40,578 nucleotides of DNA, from NCBI GenBank assembly GCA_002269645.1, contig NIVC01004611.1, positions 1 to 40,578 on the forward strand, written 5' to 3'. Source of the DNA: Macrostomum lignano (Eukaryota). The notes below the pieces were generated by a model. The model worked only from the letters and a program-made list of their open reading frames with translations, was not told the DNA's origin and ran no database searches. The number at the start of each line of letters is the position of its first letter. Position 1 is the first letter of the stretch. Made by a program: the position numbers and the translations under genes. Below are positions 9,696 to 21,243 of this stretch, in pieces.

Positions 9696-10185
9696 TCATT
9701 TTAACCAATGCGCTATTTTTACCCTATTAAAGTACTCGTACAATATTTATTCACGTGTCATTTATTTTATTTTATTCAAACTGCTTAATTGTACGCTCAG
9801 TATTGATTTTTATGCTCCTACCCCAATACCGGCATTTCATCTAATCGTATAGTATCGCATATCGCATAGTACTTCGAAATAACAATTTTTTTATTACAAA
9901 TATACTGTCGTTTAAAATGAATGGTGGAAAGCCTCTGGGACAAGTTAGAGCTAGGCAAAACAGGGTTTTAAATGTACATCCCTCATATGTACAACTACTC
10001 ATCAATTCTATCAGACTAAGAAAAATAATACTTAAAAGACCAACTTGCATTGCATGACACACAGATTTTTTGGCCTGACGAAGAGCCCAGAGGCTCGAAA
10101 CCGGTAGCCCATATTAAATTAATTAAGTCTTTTGATTTTTTTAAACACGCCGTGACCTCTCTTCTCTCTCTCTCTACCTCTCTCC
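9393..10185 (+). repeat. 3' pseudo-LTR of PLE copy 1
   Basis: Direct repeat of 4450-5242, overlapping the EN C-terminus and 3' UTR. Confidence 0.9.
10072..10109 (+). ncRNA. Minimal type I hammerhead ribozyme (copy 1, 3' pLTR)
   Basis: Identical to 5129-5166. Predicted cut after 10106. Confidence 0.85.
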
Positions 10186-10249
10186 AACTCTGCTTTGCTC
10201 AAAGCCGCCGCAGTTGCTACTGCAACCAGGGGAGAGAAACAGAATAAAA
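10184..10249 (+). repeat. 66-bp host-flank duplication, left copy (long TSD-like; right copy at 14301-14366)
   Basis: CCAACTCTGCTTTGCTCAAAGCC...GAAACAGAATAAAA occurs identically on both sides of PLE copy 2. The left copy is followed by an 8-nt filler TCACTATA (10250-10257). Confidence 0.85.
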
Positions 10250-10257
10250 TCACTATA

Positions 10258-11466
10258 TTCAGTGTCAATCGGGTGCACCAGAACCTTCGAGCTAAAAGCT
10301 AAGTCAGCGACCTCCCCTTGTCTATCTCTCGATCTATTTCATGGCAGTCTTCTGACCATGTCAGGCGACTGTCAGGCCAACTTTTTTCATCGAATTCCCC
10401 CGCAACACCACAAACGTGGCCGCCGATTCAACTTGACCTTCCGCTGGACTCACGAAGATCCCAACACCGGTGCCACCGGGGCTTCCCTGGCCCCATCTGC
10501 ACCCAGTGCCACCAAGACAGCCACTCCCAACACCGCAGTCCCTCTGACTGCAAGCATGGCACCAGTCGATCTCGACGAGAGCGCCCAATCTGCCGAACTC
10601 GTAGGATCCCAGAGGTCGTCTGCTCCAACAACGACACCACGACAGCCAGCACGATCGCAGCATCTAGCAATGAGCCCACGGCAAGCACGAGCACGGAGAC
10701 CAACGCCGACTCGGTAGTGGACGGCGGCGCGACGACCATCGGGGACGTGGCAGCGAGCGCCGATGCGACGATCAGCAACGACCCCTCAGCGGCTGCGGGT
10801 GCGCTTCGGACGGCAGTCCGGCGGCAGGCGGGACCACCGAAGTCGCCTCACCTGAGAACGGCTGTACGTCGGCAGCTGACGACCTCTTTGTGACCCCGCC
10901 TCTTCCACGGGTGGGACTGCCTGCTTCACCTGCCAAACGCCGCTTACCATCGCCGGACTCTGAAGACTCCCCTGGTGGTCCGGAACGCCACAGGCCGCAT
11001 CTGAATGACTCACCCAGCACCTTTGAGCAACCTGTTTCGCTCATCATCAGCAGGGACTGCCGGAACCTGGTACTCTGCCCAAAGCCTTTCGAGGGCCTCA
11101 AACTGCCGGCAATCACAGAGGTACATGAGTACTCACTGTCAGCCTTACCATCCTACTGAGGTCGGCTGCCCTGCGGAACCGGCAATGCGCTCAGTCAACG
11201 GTGCTGGTCCTGCCGGACGAGCTGCTCAGCACAGACCACTGGCGAGAGTTGCTCTCTGAGGCTATCGATCTACTCAGAGCGGACAGTCTGACACGTAAGA
11301 TCCTTCTGGTTCCGTCCTTTGCCAGCGGTGAAGAATTGACTCAATCTCTGAGTAAGAAACTCTCACCTGTTACTCTTATTGCTCTCCTCCTCTTAAACCA
11401 ATTGTATCCTTCTCAGCGCCGGACTTTATACTGGCGCTGGCTTCCTGGCTGAGAACTTTAAACTAG
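10258..11466 (+). pseudogene. Truncated ORF1 of PLE copy 2 (C-terminal half of AlkB onward; lacks the HxD motif)
   Basis: Begins at SVSIGCTRTF. Interrupted by 1-bp deletions near 10608, 10803, 11151 and 11383. Confidence 0.8.
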
Positions 11467-13691
11467 CTGACTACTGTAGGCCTCCCAAACTGGAAGGCAA
11501 CATTTTAAATCTACACCCTACCTTCAAACTCTCCGAGTCTGAGACGAGGCTGCTAGATAAGGGACTCAATTTTATCCCAACCCAAGCCCTTGATTTCGAT
11601 GAGTTGAGGAACTGCATGACGGAATTTCATCGTAAACTTTTCTGGAAAGACTTTTTCAAAAAGAGGGGTCTCGCCAATACCAGCCCGCCCCCCTTCACCG
11701 GGAAATCAGGGAAGGAGGTTCCCCTCAGACTTAGAAGGGATGAGTGCAACTTGTTGGTACTTGAGAACCAAAATCTGGTAGAGAATTTGACAACGGTACA
11801 GATCAAAGCAACCTAGAGGCACCAGAGACCAGGGCGATTCAGAGGCTCAAGCGAAACAGCTCCGTCCTTATAAAAAAGGCGGACAAAGGCAACGCAGTGG
11901 TCATCATGCACCCTAAGGACTACGAATTTGCAGCCTACAACCAACTGTTTGACACTGATGCCTATCAACAGCTGGACCAGCCATTGCAACCCGTGACTGC
12001 GGAACTTATTAGGGGGATCTTCCTCAATTTATGTAACAGAAAGTTCATATCTAAGAAACAGTGTGCATTTCTTTGTCCCGGAGAGAACTTCCGTCCCCGG
12101 CATTTCTACCTGCTCCCAAAAATTCACAAGGACCCGGCCACCTGGCTGATCCCCTTTCGGGTCCCAGCAGGCAGACCTATTGTGAGCGGATGTAGTTCTG
12201 AAGCAATTGGGGCAGAAAAGTACATAGACTTCTTTCTTAAACCGATTGCCCAAGCGCAACCCACTTTCATTAAGGACTCCTATGACTTCAAGGCACACCT
12301 TATGGATAAAAGCTGCACGGAAGGTTCGACTCTGGCAACCTGTGATGTCCAGAGTCTGTACTCCATGATCCCAATAGATCAGGGCATTGCAGCGATCCAG
12401 GAATTCTTTAACCGATACCCGGATCCCATTAGACCGGATGCTGAAATAATAAAGCTACTGGAATTGTGTTTGTACAGGAATGACTTTGAATTTGACAAAA
12501 TGATTTTCCTACAACTTAGAGGCACAGCCATGGGGCGCATATTTGCGCCCAGCTATGCCTGTCTCTTCATGAGCCTCTGGGAGGAAACTGCCTGAGAACT
12601 GCTCTTTATAAGCCGAACATCTATTTTAGGTACATAGATGATATCTTCATTCACTGGGACCACCCGGCTGAAACTCTGACAGAATTTGTTGTACACCTAA
12701 ATTCAATCAACCCCAACATCAAACTCACCGTCAGCTCCTCATCAACTGAGGTCAGTTTCCTTGACATGACCATCAGGAAAGCTGAAAACCGCTTCACAAC
12801 ACAACTGTTTTCAAAAGAAACAGACACTCATAGATTGTTGCACCGACAGTCCTTCCATCCGTCACACACCTTCAAGGGGGTAGTAAAATCCCAAGTCCTT
12901 CGGTACGCTCGAATCTGTGATGACTACAAGTCTTTCAACGTGCTTTCAATTCTTTAAAATCGGAACTCAAGCAATTAGGCTACTCGAAGATTTTTCTTAG
13001 AAACTGCAAAAAGGAGGTCCTCATACTTATGAACTGGACTGCAGGACCAACGACCAATCTGGGTCTGCTTCCCAAAGGGTTCCATCCCTGTGGGTCATCC
13101 CGTTGCAAATGCTGCACCCACTCACCGCCTGCTCTCTCCGCCCAGGGACTGCAACCGGCTTCTGGTTTTTTAATCTCTCAGAGCCTGTCCTGTGGCTCCA
13201 AGAACATCATCTATGGCATCTCCTGCAACCAGTGCCACCCTGGGAAAATCTTCTATGTAGGGATGACTAGAAGAACAATGAGAGATAGAATGAACCAGCA
13301 CAGGTCAAATATTAACAGGAGAGTCGTAACTTCGGGGTCAGAGCACTTTCTCACCCCCAATCACTCAATTGCAAACTTTGTCTCCATTGCTATCGAACAA
13401 GTTCTTAATAACAACAAAATCGAACTAAGGGAAGAAATCTGGATTAAAAAACTAGGGACTGACAAACCGCCAGGTACGAACATCAGGGTCGACAATCATC
13501 TTCTCCGACCCATCCCAATGGTCCTTCCTTTTCACCCATCTACGGTCTGGCTTGCCAACGAGATTGCTAAAAACTTTGATAAGCTACAAAATAAACCAGG
13601 CTCCCGCATACTGCCCGCTTTTACACGGCAACGTAACTTACAGAGCCTCCTGGCTCCCAATAAGTTCAAGTCTCAGCCAGGAAACATTTAA
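11457..13691 (+). CDS. PLE copy 2 ORF2 (RT + GIY-YIG), broken by three 1-bp deletions (~11808, ~12591, ~12939)
   Basis: Same motifs as copy 1. The deletions fall at different sites from those in copy 1, so the two-copy consensus is one open frame. Confidence 0.85.
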
Positions 13692-14061
13692 TCATTTTAA
13701 CCAATGCGCTATTTTCACCCTATTAAAGTACAATATTTATTCACGTGTCATTTATTTTATTTTATTCAAACTGCTTAATTGTACGCTCAATATTGATTTT
13801 TATGCTCCTACCCCCAATACCGGCATTTCATCTAATCGTATAGTATCGCATATCGTATAGTACTTCGAAATAACAATTTTTTATAACAAATATACTGTCG
13901 TTTAAAATGAATGGTGGAAAGCCTCTGGGACAAGTTAGAGCTAGGCAAAACAGGGTTTTAAATGTACATCCTTCATATGTACAACTACTCATCAATTCTA
14001 TCAGACTAAGAAAAATAATACTTAAAAGACCAACTTGAATTGCATGACACACAGATTTTTT

Positions 14062-14099
14062 GGCCTGACGAAGAGCCCAGAGGCTCGAAACCGGTAGCC
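14062..14099 (+). ncRNA. Minimal type I hammerhead ribozyme (copy 2)
   Basis: Identical to the other two copies, although the surrounding UTR has diverged. Confidence 0.85.
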
Positions 14100-14163
14100 C
14101 ATATTAAATTAATTAAGTCTTTGATTTTTTTAAACACGCCGTGACCTCTCTTCTCTCTCTCTC

Positions 14164-14305
<142 letters not shown>

Positions 14306-14571
14306 TCTGCTTTGCTCAAAGCCGCCGCAGTTGCTACTGCAACCAGGGGAGAGAAACAGAATAAAAAAGGGAGCAGCCGCCATCCTTCATCCAATCTGCA
14401 GAGCATCAGTTCTCTTCTTCTCGTATCTTCTGCTTTTTCTGCTTCTTTCTCCTCGGAGCGTGTCTGCCCCCCGGGGGTGAAACGGGGAACTCTTCCTCCG
14501 TTTTATCTGGCCCATATTCGCGCAGGACGGGTGATGGGCTGCGACAAGCGCATGAATGGAGGATGCCCTAC

Positions 14572-16909
14572 TCTAGATCTAGGTGAGGTCCACGGAAGAC
14601 GTCAATTCAGATACAGGGAAGGTGTCAATCTAGATCTAAGGAAGGTGTTCAATTTAGATCTAAGGAAGGTGTCAATCTAGATCTAAAAAAGATGTCAATC
14701 TAGATCTAAGGAAGGTGTTCAATTTAGATCTAAGGAAGGTGTCAATCTAGATCTAAAAAAGATGTCAATCTAGATCTAAGGAAGGTGTCAATCTAGATCT
14801 AAGGAAGGTGTCAATCTAGATCTAAGGAAGGTGTCAATCTAGATCTAAGGAAGGTGTCAATCTAGATCTAAGGAAGATGTCAATCTAGATCTAAGGAAGG
14901 TGTTCAATTTAGATCTAAGGAAGACGTAAATTTTTATACGAGGAAGATGTCAATCTAGATCTAAGGAAGGTGTTCAATTTAGATCTAAGGAAGACGTAAA
15001 TTTTTATATGAGGAAGATGTCAATCTAGATCTAAGGAAGGTGTTAATCTAGATCTAAGGAAGGTGTCAATCTAGATCTAAGGAAGATGTCAATCTAGATC
15101 TAAGGAAGGTGTCAATCTAGATCTAAGGAAGGTGTCAATCTAGATCTAAGGAAGGTGTGTCAATCTAGATCTAAGGAAGGTGTGTCAATCTAGAACTAAG
15201 GAAGGTGTTAATCTAGATCTAAGGAAGGTGTCAATCTAGATCTAAGGAAGGTGTTCAATTTAGATCTAAGGAGGATGTCAATCTAGATCTAAGGAAGATG
15301 TCAATCTAGATCTAAGGAAGATGTCAATCTAGATCTAAGGAAAGTGTCAATCTAGATCTAAGGAAGGTGTCAATCTAGATCTAAGGAAGGTGTGTCAATC
15401 TAGATCTAAGGAAGACGTAAATTTTTATATGAGGAAGATGTCAATCTAGATCTAAGGAAGGTGTCAATCTAGATCTAAGGAAGGTGTCAATCTAGATCTA
15501 AGGAAGGTGTGTCAATCTAGATCTAAGGAAGGTGTTCAATTTAGATCTAAGGAAGACGTAAATTTTTATATGAGGAAGATGTCAATCTAGATCTAAGGAA
15601 GGTGTCAATTTAGATCTAAGGAAGACGTAAATTTTTATATGAGGAAGATGTCAATCTAGATCTAAGGAAGGTGTTAATCTAGATCTAAGGAAGGTGTCAA
15701 TCTAGATCTAAGGAAGATGTCAATCTAGATCTAAGGAAGGTGTCAATCTAGATCTAAGGAAGGTGTCAATCTAGATCTAAGGAAGGTGTGTCAATCTAGA
15801 TCTAAGGAAGGTGTGTCAATCTAGATCTAAGGAAGGTGTCAATCTAGATCTAAGGAAGGTGTGTCAATCTAGATCTAAGGAAGGTGTGTCAATCTAGATC
15901 TAAGGAAGGTGTTAATCTAGATCTAAGGAAGGTGTCAATCTAGATCTAAGGAAGGTGTTCAATTTAGATCTAAGGAGGATGTCAATCTAGATCTAAGGAA
16001 GATGTCAATCTAGATCTAAGGAAGATGTCAATCTAGATCTAAGGAAAGTGTCAATATAGATCTAAGGAAGGTGTCAATCTAGATCTAAGGAAGATGTCAA
16101 TCTAGATCTAAGGAAGGTGTCAATCTAGATCTAAGGAAGGTGTCAATCTAGATCTAAGGAAGATGTCAATCTAGATCTAAGGAAGGTGTTCAATTTAGAT
16201 CTAAGGAAGATGTCAATCTAGATCTAAGGAAGGTGTGTCAATTTAGATCTAAGGAAGGTGTCAATCTAGATCTAAGGAAGACGTAAATTTTTATATGAGG
16301 AAGGTGTCAATCTAGATCTAAGGAAGGTGTCAATATAGATTTAAGGAAGATGTCAATCTAGATCTAAGGAAGATGTCAATCTAGATCTAAGGAAGGTGTC
16401 AATCTAGATCTAAGGAAATGTCAATCTAGATCTAAGGAAATGTCAATCTAGATCTAAGGAAGGTGTCAATCTAGATCTAAGGAAGGTGTCAATTTTTATA
16501 TGAGGAAGATGTCAATCTAGATCTAAGGAAGGTGTCAATTTTTATATGAGGAAGATGTCAATCTAGATCTAAGGAAGATGTCAATCTAGATCTTAGGAAG
16601 GTGTTAATCTAGATCTAAGGAAGGTGTCAATCTAGATCTTAGGAAGGTGTTAATCTAGATCTAAGGAAGGTGTCAATCTAGATCTAAGGAAGGTGTCAAT
16701 TTTTATATGAGGAAGATGTCAATCTAGATCTAAGGAAGGTGTCAATTTTTATATGAGGAAGATGTCAATCTAGATCTAAGGAAGATGTCAATCTAGATCT
16801 AAGGAAGGTGTCAATTTTTATATGAGGAAGATGTCAATCTAGATCTTAGGAAGGTGTTAATCTAGATCTAAGGAAGGTGTCAATCCATATCTAAGGAAGG
16901 TTTCAATTT
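14572..16909 (+). repeat. 23-bp satellite (GTGTCAATCTAGATCTAAGGAAG), ~2.3 kb, with 24/25-bp and AATTTTTATATGAG variant monomers
   Basis: The 23-bp period is directly visible (e.g. TCAATC at 14765 and 14788). Confidence 0.95.
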
Positions 16910-17417
16910 ATTCTTTGGGTATCAGGTATACTCAAATAAGTCTAATAAAAAATTCAAGATCTATTCTGAATTTGTTAGTTCAGCCCATCTCAAAATCTTC
17001 TCTCTTCGCAAGGAAATAGAATTTTTTAATTATAATGCCTACGGCTCTGGGGACCGAGTTTCTGGCCACTTATCCTCGCTAGGTGTAATTTTTGTCCCAG
17101 AAGCCATCACGCAGCTCCTCCAGCCGTCCTTGCCAGCCCACAGGCGCAACCTCAGTGCAAACCTCAACCAGTTGAGCTGTGGCAGCTTGGCTTCAAGCGG
17201 AAGTGCGCGTCTGAGCTTTCCCAGCTGCCATTTCCGGGATTCTGGCCGGCGCTTCGGCCGGGACCGAGGTGTTCCGGCGTGCAAAGCTGCCGGTTTTTTT
17301 AATGCTCGGCCGCATTCTGGTGCTGCTGATGCTGTCTTGCTGACCTGGTCCAGTTATCTGCAGCTATCAAGCTGCTGCATCCGCGTTGAGTAGGCACTGC
17401 CAGCACGAAAATTAAGA

Positions 17418-17654
17418 GGTTTAGGTAAGGGTTAAGGGGTAGGGTTTAGTTTAGGGTTAAGGGGTAGGGTTTAGTTTAGGGTTAAGGGGTAGGGTTTAGT
17501 TAAGGGTTAGGGGGCAGGGTTTAGTTTAGGGTTAAGGGGTAGGGTTTAGTTTAGGGTGTTAAGGGGTAGGGTTTAGTTTTAGGGTTAAGGGGTAGGGTTT
17601 AGTTTAGGGTTAAGGGGCAGGGTTTAGTTAAGGGTGTTAAGGGGTAGGGTAGGG
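17418..17654 (+). repeat. Telomere-like G-rich array, ~25-bp unit (TTAGGGTTAAGGGGTAGGGTTTAGT)
   Basis: TTAGGG-containing unit with three G-tracts per monomer. Period 25 (17451, 17476). Confidence 0.8.
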
Positions 17655-17787
17655 CTGACGCCGACAAGCGCGCCGTATTTGATGTTGCTTTTGCTGCCAT
17701 TGCTGCGCTTACGAGTATGAAGCACTTTTTTTCAGCTGTGTCAGCCATTTGAATTAGAAATACAAATCAGCGTCGGCCAAGCAAGCG

Positions 17788-17857
17788 CAGCAAGTTAAGC
17801 AGCGTTGGTTGTGGTTAGTAAACAGATGAATTTGGTTTGCGACACCCCTCAAGGGAA
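17788..17857 (+). other. 5S rRNA-like fragment (box A-box C region), possible 5S-derived SINE relic
   Basis: AAGTTAAGCAGCGTTGGTTGTGGTTAGTAAACAGATG resembles the invertebrate 5S segment AA(G/A)TTAAGCAGCGTCGGGCGCGGTTAGTACTTAGATG. A second copy is at 29641-29690. Confidence 0.5.
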
Positions 17858-17890
17858 CCAGAGCGAATTAAGGCGGTTTAGTAAGCGCTA

Positions 17891-18350
17891 AGCTGCAGTT
17901 CACCCTGCTGTGATTGGGCAGCAGCTCTGAACTGCAGTTCACCCTGCTGTGATTGGGCAGCAGCTCTGAACTGCAGTTCACCCTGCTGTGATTGGGCAGC
18001 AGCTCTGAGCTGCAGTTCACCCTGCTGTGATTGGGCAGCAGCTCTGAGCTGCAGTTCACCCTGCTGTGATTGGGCAGCAGCTCTGAGCTGCAGTTCACCC
18101 TGCTGTGATTGGGCAGCAGCTCTGAGCTGCAGTCACCCTGCTGTGATTGGGCAGCAGCTCTGAGCTGCAGTTCACCCTGCTGTGATTGGGCAGCAGCTCT
18201 GAGCTGCAGTTCACCCTGCTGTGATTGGGCAGCAGCTCTGAGCTGCAGTTCACCCTGCTGTGATTGGGCAGCAGCTCTGAGCTGCAGTCACCCTGCTGTG
18301 ATTGGGCAGCAGCTCTGAGCTGCAGTTCACCCTGCTGTGATTGGGCAGCC
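17891..18350 (+). repeat. 39-bp minisatellite (CTGCAGTTCACCCTGCTGTGATTGGGCAGCAGCTCTGAG), ~12 units
   Basis: Directly visible; gives 13-aa periodic spurious ORFs. Confidence 0.95.
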
Positions 18351-18635
18351 GCTCTGGGCTCAGCTGGTGACGCGTCTGACTCTCACGCCACGACCCCGGG
18401 TTCGAATCCTTTCGTGGCCACATTAAATTGGGGCTTGCGCACGAAAAATGAGCCGGGGAGTTGTCATTCTTTATGGCCAGCCTCCGAGACATTAGAAAGG
18501 ATTCGAAAACAGGACCACTGTACACCCGTGTGAGCATGTACATGAGTGTGTGCCTGCGTACAGCATTGGCGCACTTGTACATGAATGTGCTAAGGAGTCA
18601 GCGGACGGGGCAGAATTGCGCTGCACAGCTCTCCT
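18348..18635 (+). mobile_element. tRNA-derived SINE, piece 1
   Basis: A-box-like GGGCTCAGCTGG, B-box GGGTTCGAATCC (18398-18409), a tRNA-Glu-like CTCTCACGCC segment, and the family core GGACCACTGTACACCCGTGTGAGCAT (18512-18537). Confidence 0.65.
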
Positions 18636-18660
18636 GCAAATATTGATTTCATATTTATCT

Positions 18661-18910
18661 ACTAGCTCAGTGGTCCAGCGCGGCGATCTGATGTGCCAGC
18701 GGCCCAGGCTCGATTCCAAGTGCAGTCGCATTGATTTTGGGCTAAATTGGAATCTCGGCCCCCAAGGCACCCCCAAGGCACAGTGAAGTGTACATGTTAG
18801 GGCCGCTGTACACTCCTGAGTGTGTGCCTGTGCGTATGAATGTGTACGTATCCGCGCGCTTGTATGCCTGCTCAGGGGAGTCAGTGGAATGGGCAGTAAT
18901 GCCTCTCGCC
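18661..18910 (+). mobile_element. tRNA-derived SINE, piece 2
   Basis: A-box TAGCTCAGTGG (18663) and B-box GGCTCGATTCC (18707). The head is nearly identical to 21786-21850. Core CAGTGAAGTGTACATG..TTAGGGCCGCTGTACACTC. The downstream body resembles 18545-18625. Confidence 0.7.
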
Positions 18911-19500
18911 GGTTGTGTGACAATTTTGCTTGAAGTGCGCCAGGTTCGCTATTGCCAGAGCCATAAAAATCGGCATTCGGATTTTGAGTCCTTAGGACTT
19001 GAGATTTTTTAGCAGGCTCAAACCAGCAACACAGCGCTCTCGATGCTGAACTCCTACAAAGTTTGCAGGGCATTATTCTATTTCCAAGGGTCTTATCGCC
19101 GCTGGGCAGCCTTCATAAATAGTTGATTAGCAGCAATGAGCAGAGGAATTCAGCCAACTCTCAAGCTCCGGGGTTCATCCTGACTCACTTGTCAAGTGTC
19201 AACACGGGCCCAGCCAGATGGAAATAAGACGTGTTGGAGAAGATTTTCTAAAGCCCGAACAGAAGGGTCAGCCAAGCTTGTTGTTGGGACAGAGTCAGAT
19301 TTCTGGTGTAAATATTGGCATTAATAGCACAACGTCTCAACTGGGAACTTTGAGTTGAGGGATCTCGGGGCCCACAGCCTCCACCTTGTTTCTCACCCAG
19401 TCTCTTTGTGGGTTTCATTCTGCAAATCTGCTTCTGCTGCCTCTGTGCTCCAGGCCCTCTGAAGTCTGCATCCGCTGATATGTTCTCTTGACCACCTTTA

Positions 19501-20125
19501 TCGCCCTATCCTCTCTCTCGCCCTACCCTCTCTCTCGCCCTACCCTCTCTCTCGCCCTACCCTCTCTCTCGCCCTACCCTCTCTCTCGCCCTACCCTCTC
19601 TCTCGCCCTACCCTCTCTCTCGCCCTACCCTCTCTCTCGCCCTACCCTCTCTTTCGCCCTACCCTCTCTCTCGCCCTACCCTCTCTTTCGCCCTACCCTC
19701 TCTCTCATTCTACCCTCTCACTCGCCCTACCCTCTCTCTCGCCCTACCCTCTCTCTCGCCCTACCCTCTCTTTCGCCCTACCCTCTCTCTCATTCTGCCC
19801 TCTCACTCGCCCTACCCTCTCTCTCGCCCTACCCTCTCTCACCCTACCCTATCTTTCGCCCTACCCTCTCTCTCGCCCTACCCTCTCTTTCGCCCTACCC
19901 TCTCTCTCATTCTACCCTCTCACTCGCCCTACCCTCTCTCTCGCCCTACCCTCTCTCTCGCCCTACCCTCTCTTTCGCCCTACCCTCTCTCTCATTCTGC
20001 CCTCTCACTCGCCCTACCCTCTCTCTCGCCCTACCCTCTCTCACCCTACCCTATCTTTCGCCCTACCCTCTCTTGCCCTACTCTCACTCGCCCTACCCTC
20101 TCTTTTGCCCTACCCTCTCTCACCC

Positions 20126-20165
<40 letters not shown>

Positions 20166-20175
20166 CACCCTACCC
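19501..20175 (+). repeat. 17-bp minisatellite (CGCCCTACCCTCTCTCT) ending in a short (CT)n
   Basis: Period 17 (19502, 19519, 19536, 19553). Confidence 0.95.
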
Positions 20176-20686
20176 AATTACCCGCATTATATCATGTTTC
20201 TATCATAGCTTCCATCTCGATCTGCCGCAACAATTCATTCCTAGAGGACAATATAGCAACAATATCAGAGCGCAACAAGATCGCAGTCTATAAAAAAAGC
20301 AAAAAAATCTGCCTTGAAGAGTGAGGCATTGTTTCTGGCTCCAGAAGTACGCTTCAGCAGAATCTGCTGCTGACTATATTGAATTGATTAAATGTATTGA
20401 ATATTAAGGTGGAGAGGAGCAACTGCCGCCTGGGCCATTATGCCATAAATTATTTTAAGCCCGCCGACTCCTGTCCGCCTCGTTTTGCCAGCTTTCTGTC
20501 CCAGTTTTGCCGTGGAATTTATGGCTCCTCCTTTGCTCCAGGGCGGGAAATGCCCTGCTAAGGAGAAGAAAAGCAGATTTCCCTCCATGGTTGAGGATTA
20601 GTCCAGCTTGAGCAGAGATACCAACCGAGTTGACTGGCACTGATTTGCGCTACTAGTAAGCAGATTCTGAAACAGGGATGAGAGCG

Positions 20687-21243
20687 GAGAGGGGTAGCAG
20701 ACAGGGAGATGGCGTAGGAGAGAGGGAGAGGGGTAGCAGACAGGGAGAGGGGGTATCAGACAGGGAGATGGCGTAGGAGAGAGGGAGAGGGGTAGCAGAC
20801 AGGGAGAGGGGGTAGCAGACAGGGAGATGGCGTAGGAGAGAGGGAGAGGGGGTAGCAGACCAGGAAAGGGGGTAGCAGACAGGGAGAGGGGGTAGCAGAC
20901 AGGGAAAGGGGGTAGCAGACAGGGAAAGGGGTAGCAGACAGGGAGAGGGGGTAGCAGACAGGGAGAGGGGGTAGCAGACAGGGAAAGGGGGTAGCAGACA
21001 GGGAAAGGGGTAGCAGACAGGGAGAGGGGGTAGCAGACAGGGAGAGGGGGTAGCAGACAGGGAGAGGGGGTAGCAGACAGGGAGAGGGGGTAGCAGACAG
21101 GGAGAGGGGGTAGCAGACAGGGAGAGGGGGTAGCAGACAGGGAGAGGGGGTAGCAGACAGGGAGAGGGGTAGCAGACAGGGAGAGGGGTAGCAGACAGGG
21201 AGAGGGGTAGCAGACAGGGAAAGGGGGTAGCAGACAGGGAGAG
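20687..21243 (+). repeat. 20-bp purine-rich minisatellite (GGAGAGGGGGTAGCAGACAG)
   Basis: Period 20, directly visible. Confidence 0.95.

Larger units (their letters stand above)
4450..10185 (+). mobile_element. Complete Penelope-like retroelement (Neptune-type motifs), copy 1: pLTR - ORF1(AlkB) - ORF2(RT-GIY-YIG) - pLTR
   Basis: Near-identical ~793-bp direct repeats (4450-5242, 9393-10185) contain the 3' end of the EN ORF, which is the partial-tandem pLTR structure typical of PLEs. PLE RT motifs, a C-terminal GIY-YIG domain and a hammerhead in each pLTR are present. Confidence 0.93.

Noticed and set aside
18348-18420. Functional tRNA gene
   Set aside because: The acceptor and anticodon stems do not pair convincingly, no oligo-T terminator follows, and the sequence continues into a shared SINE body.
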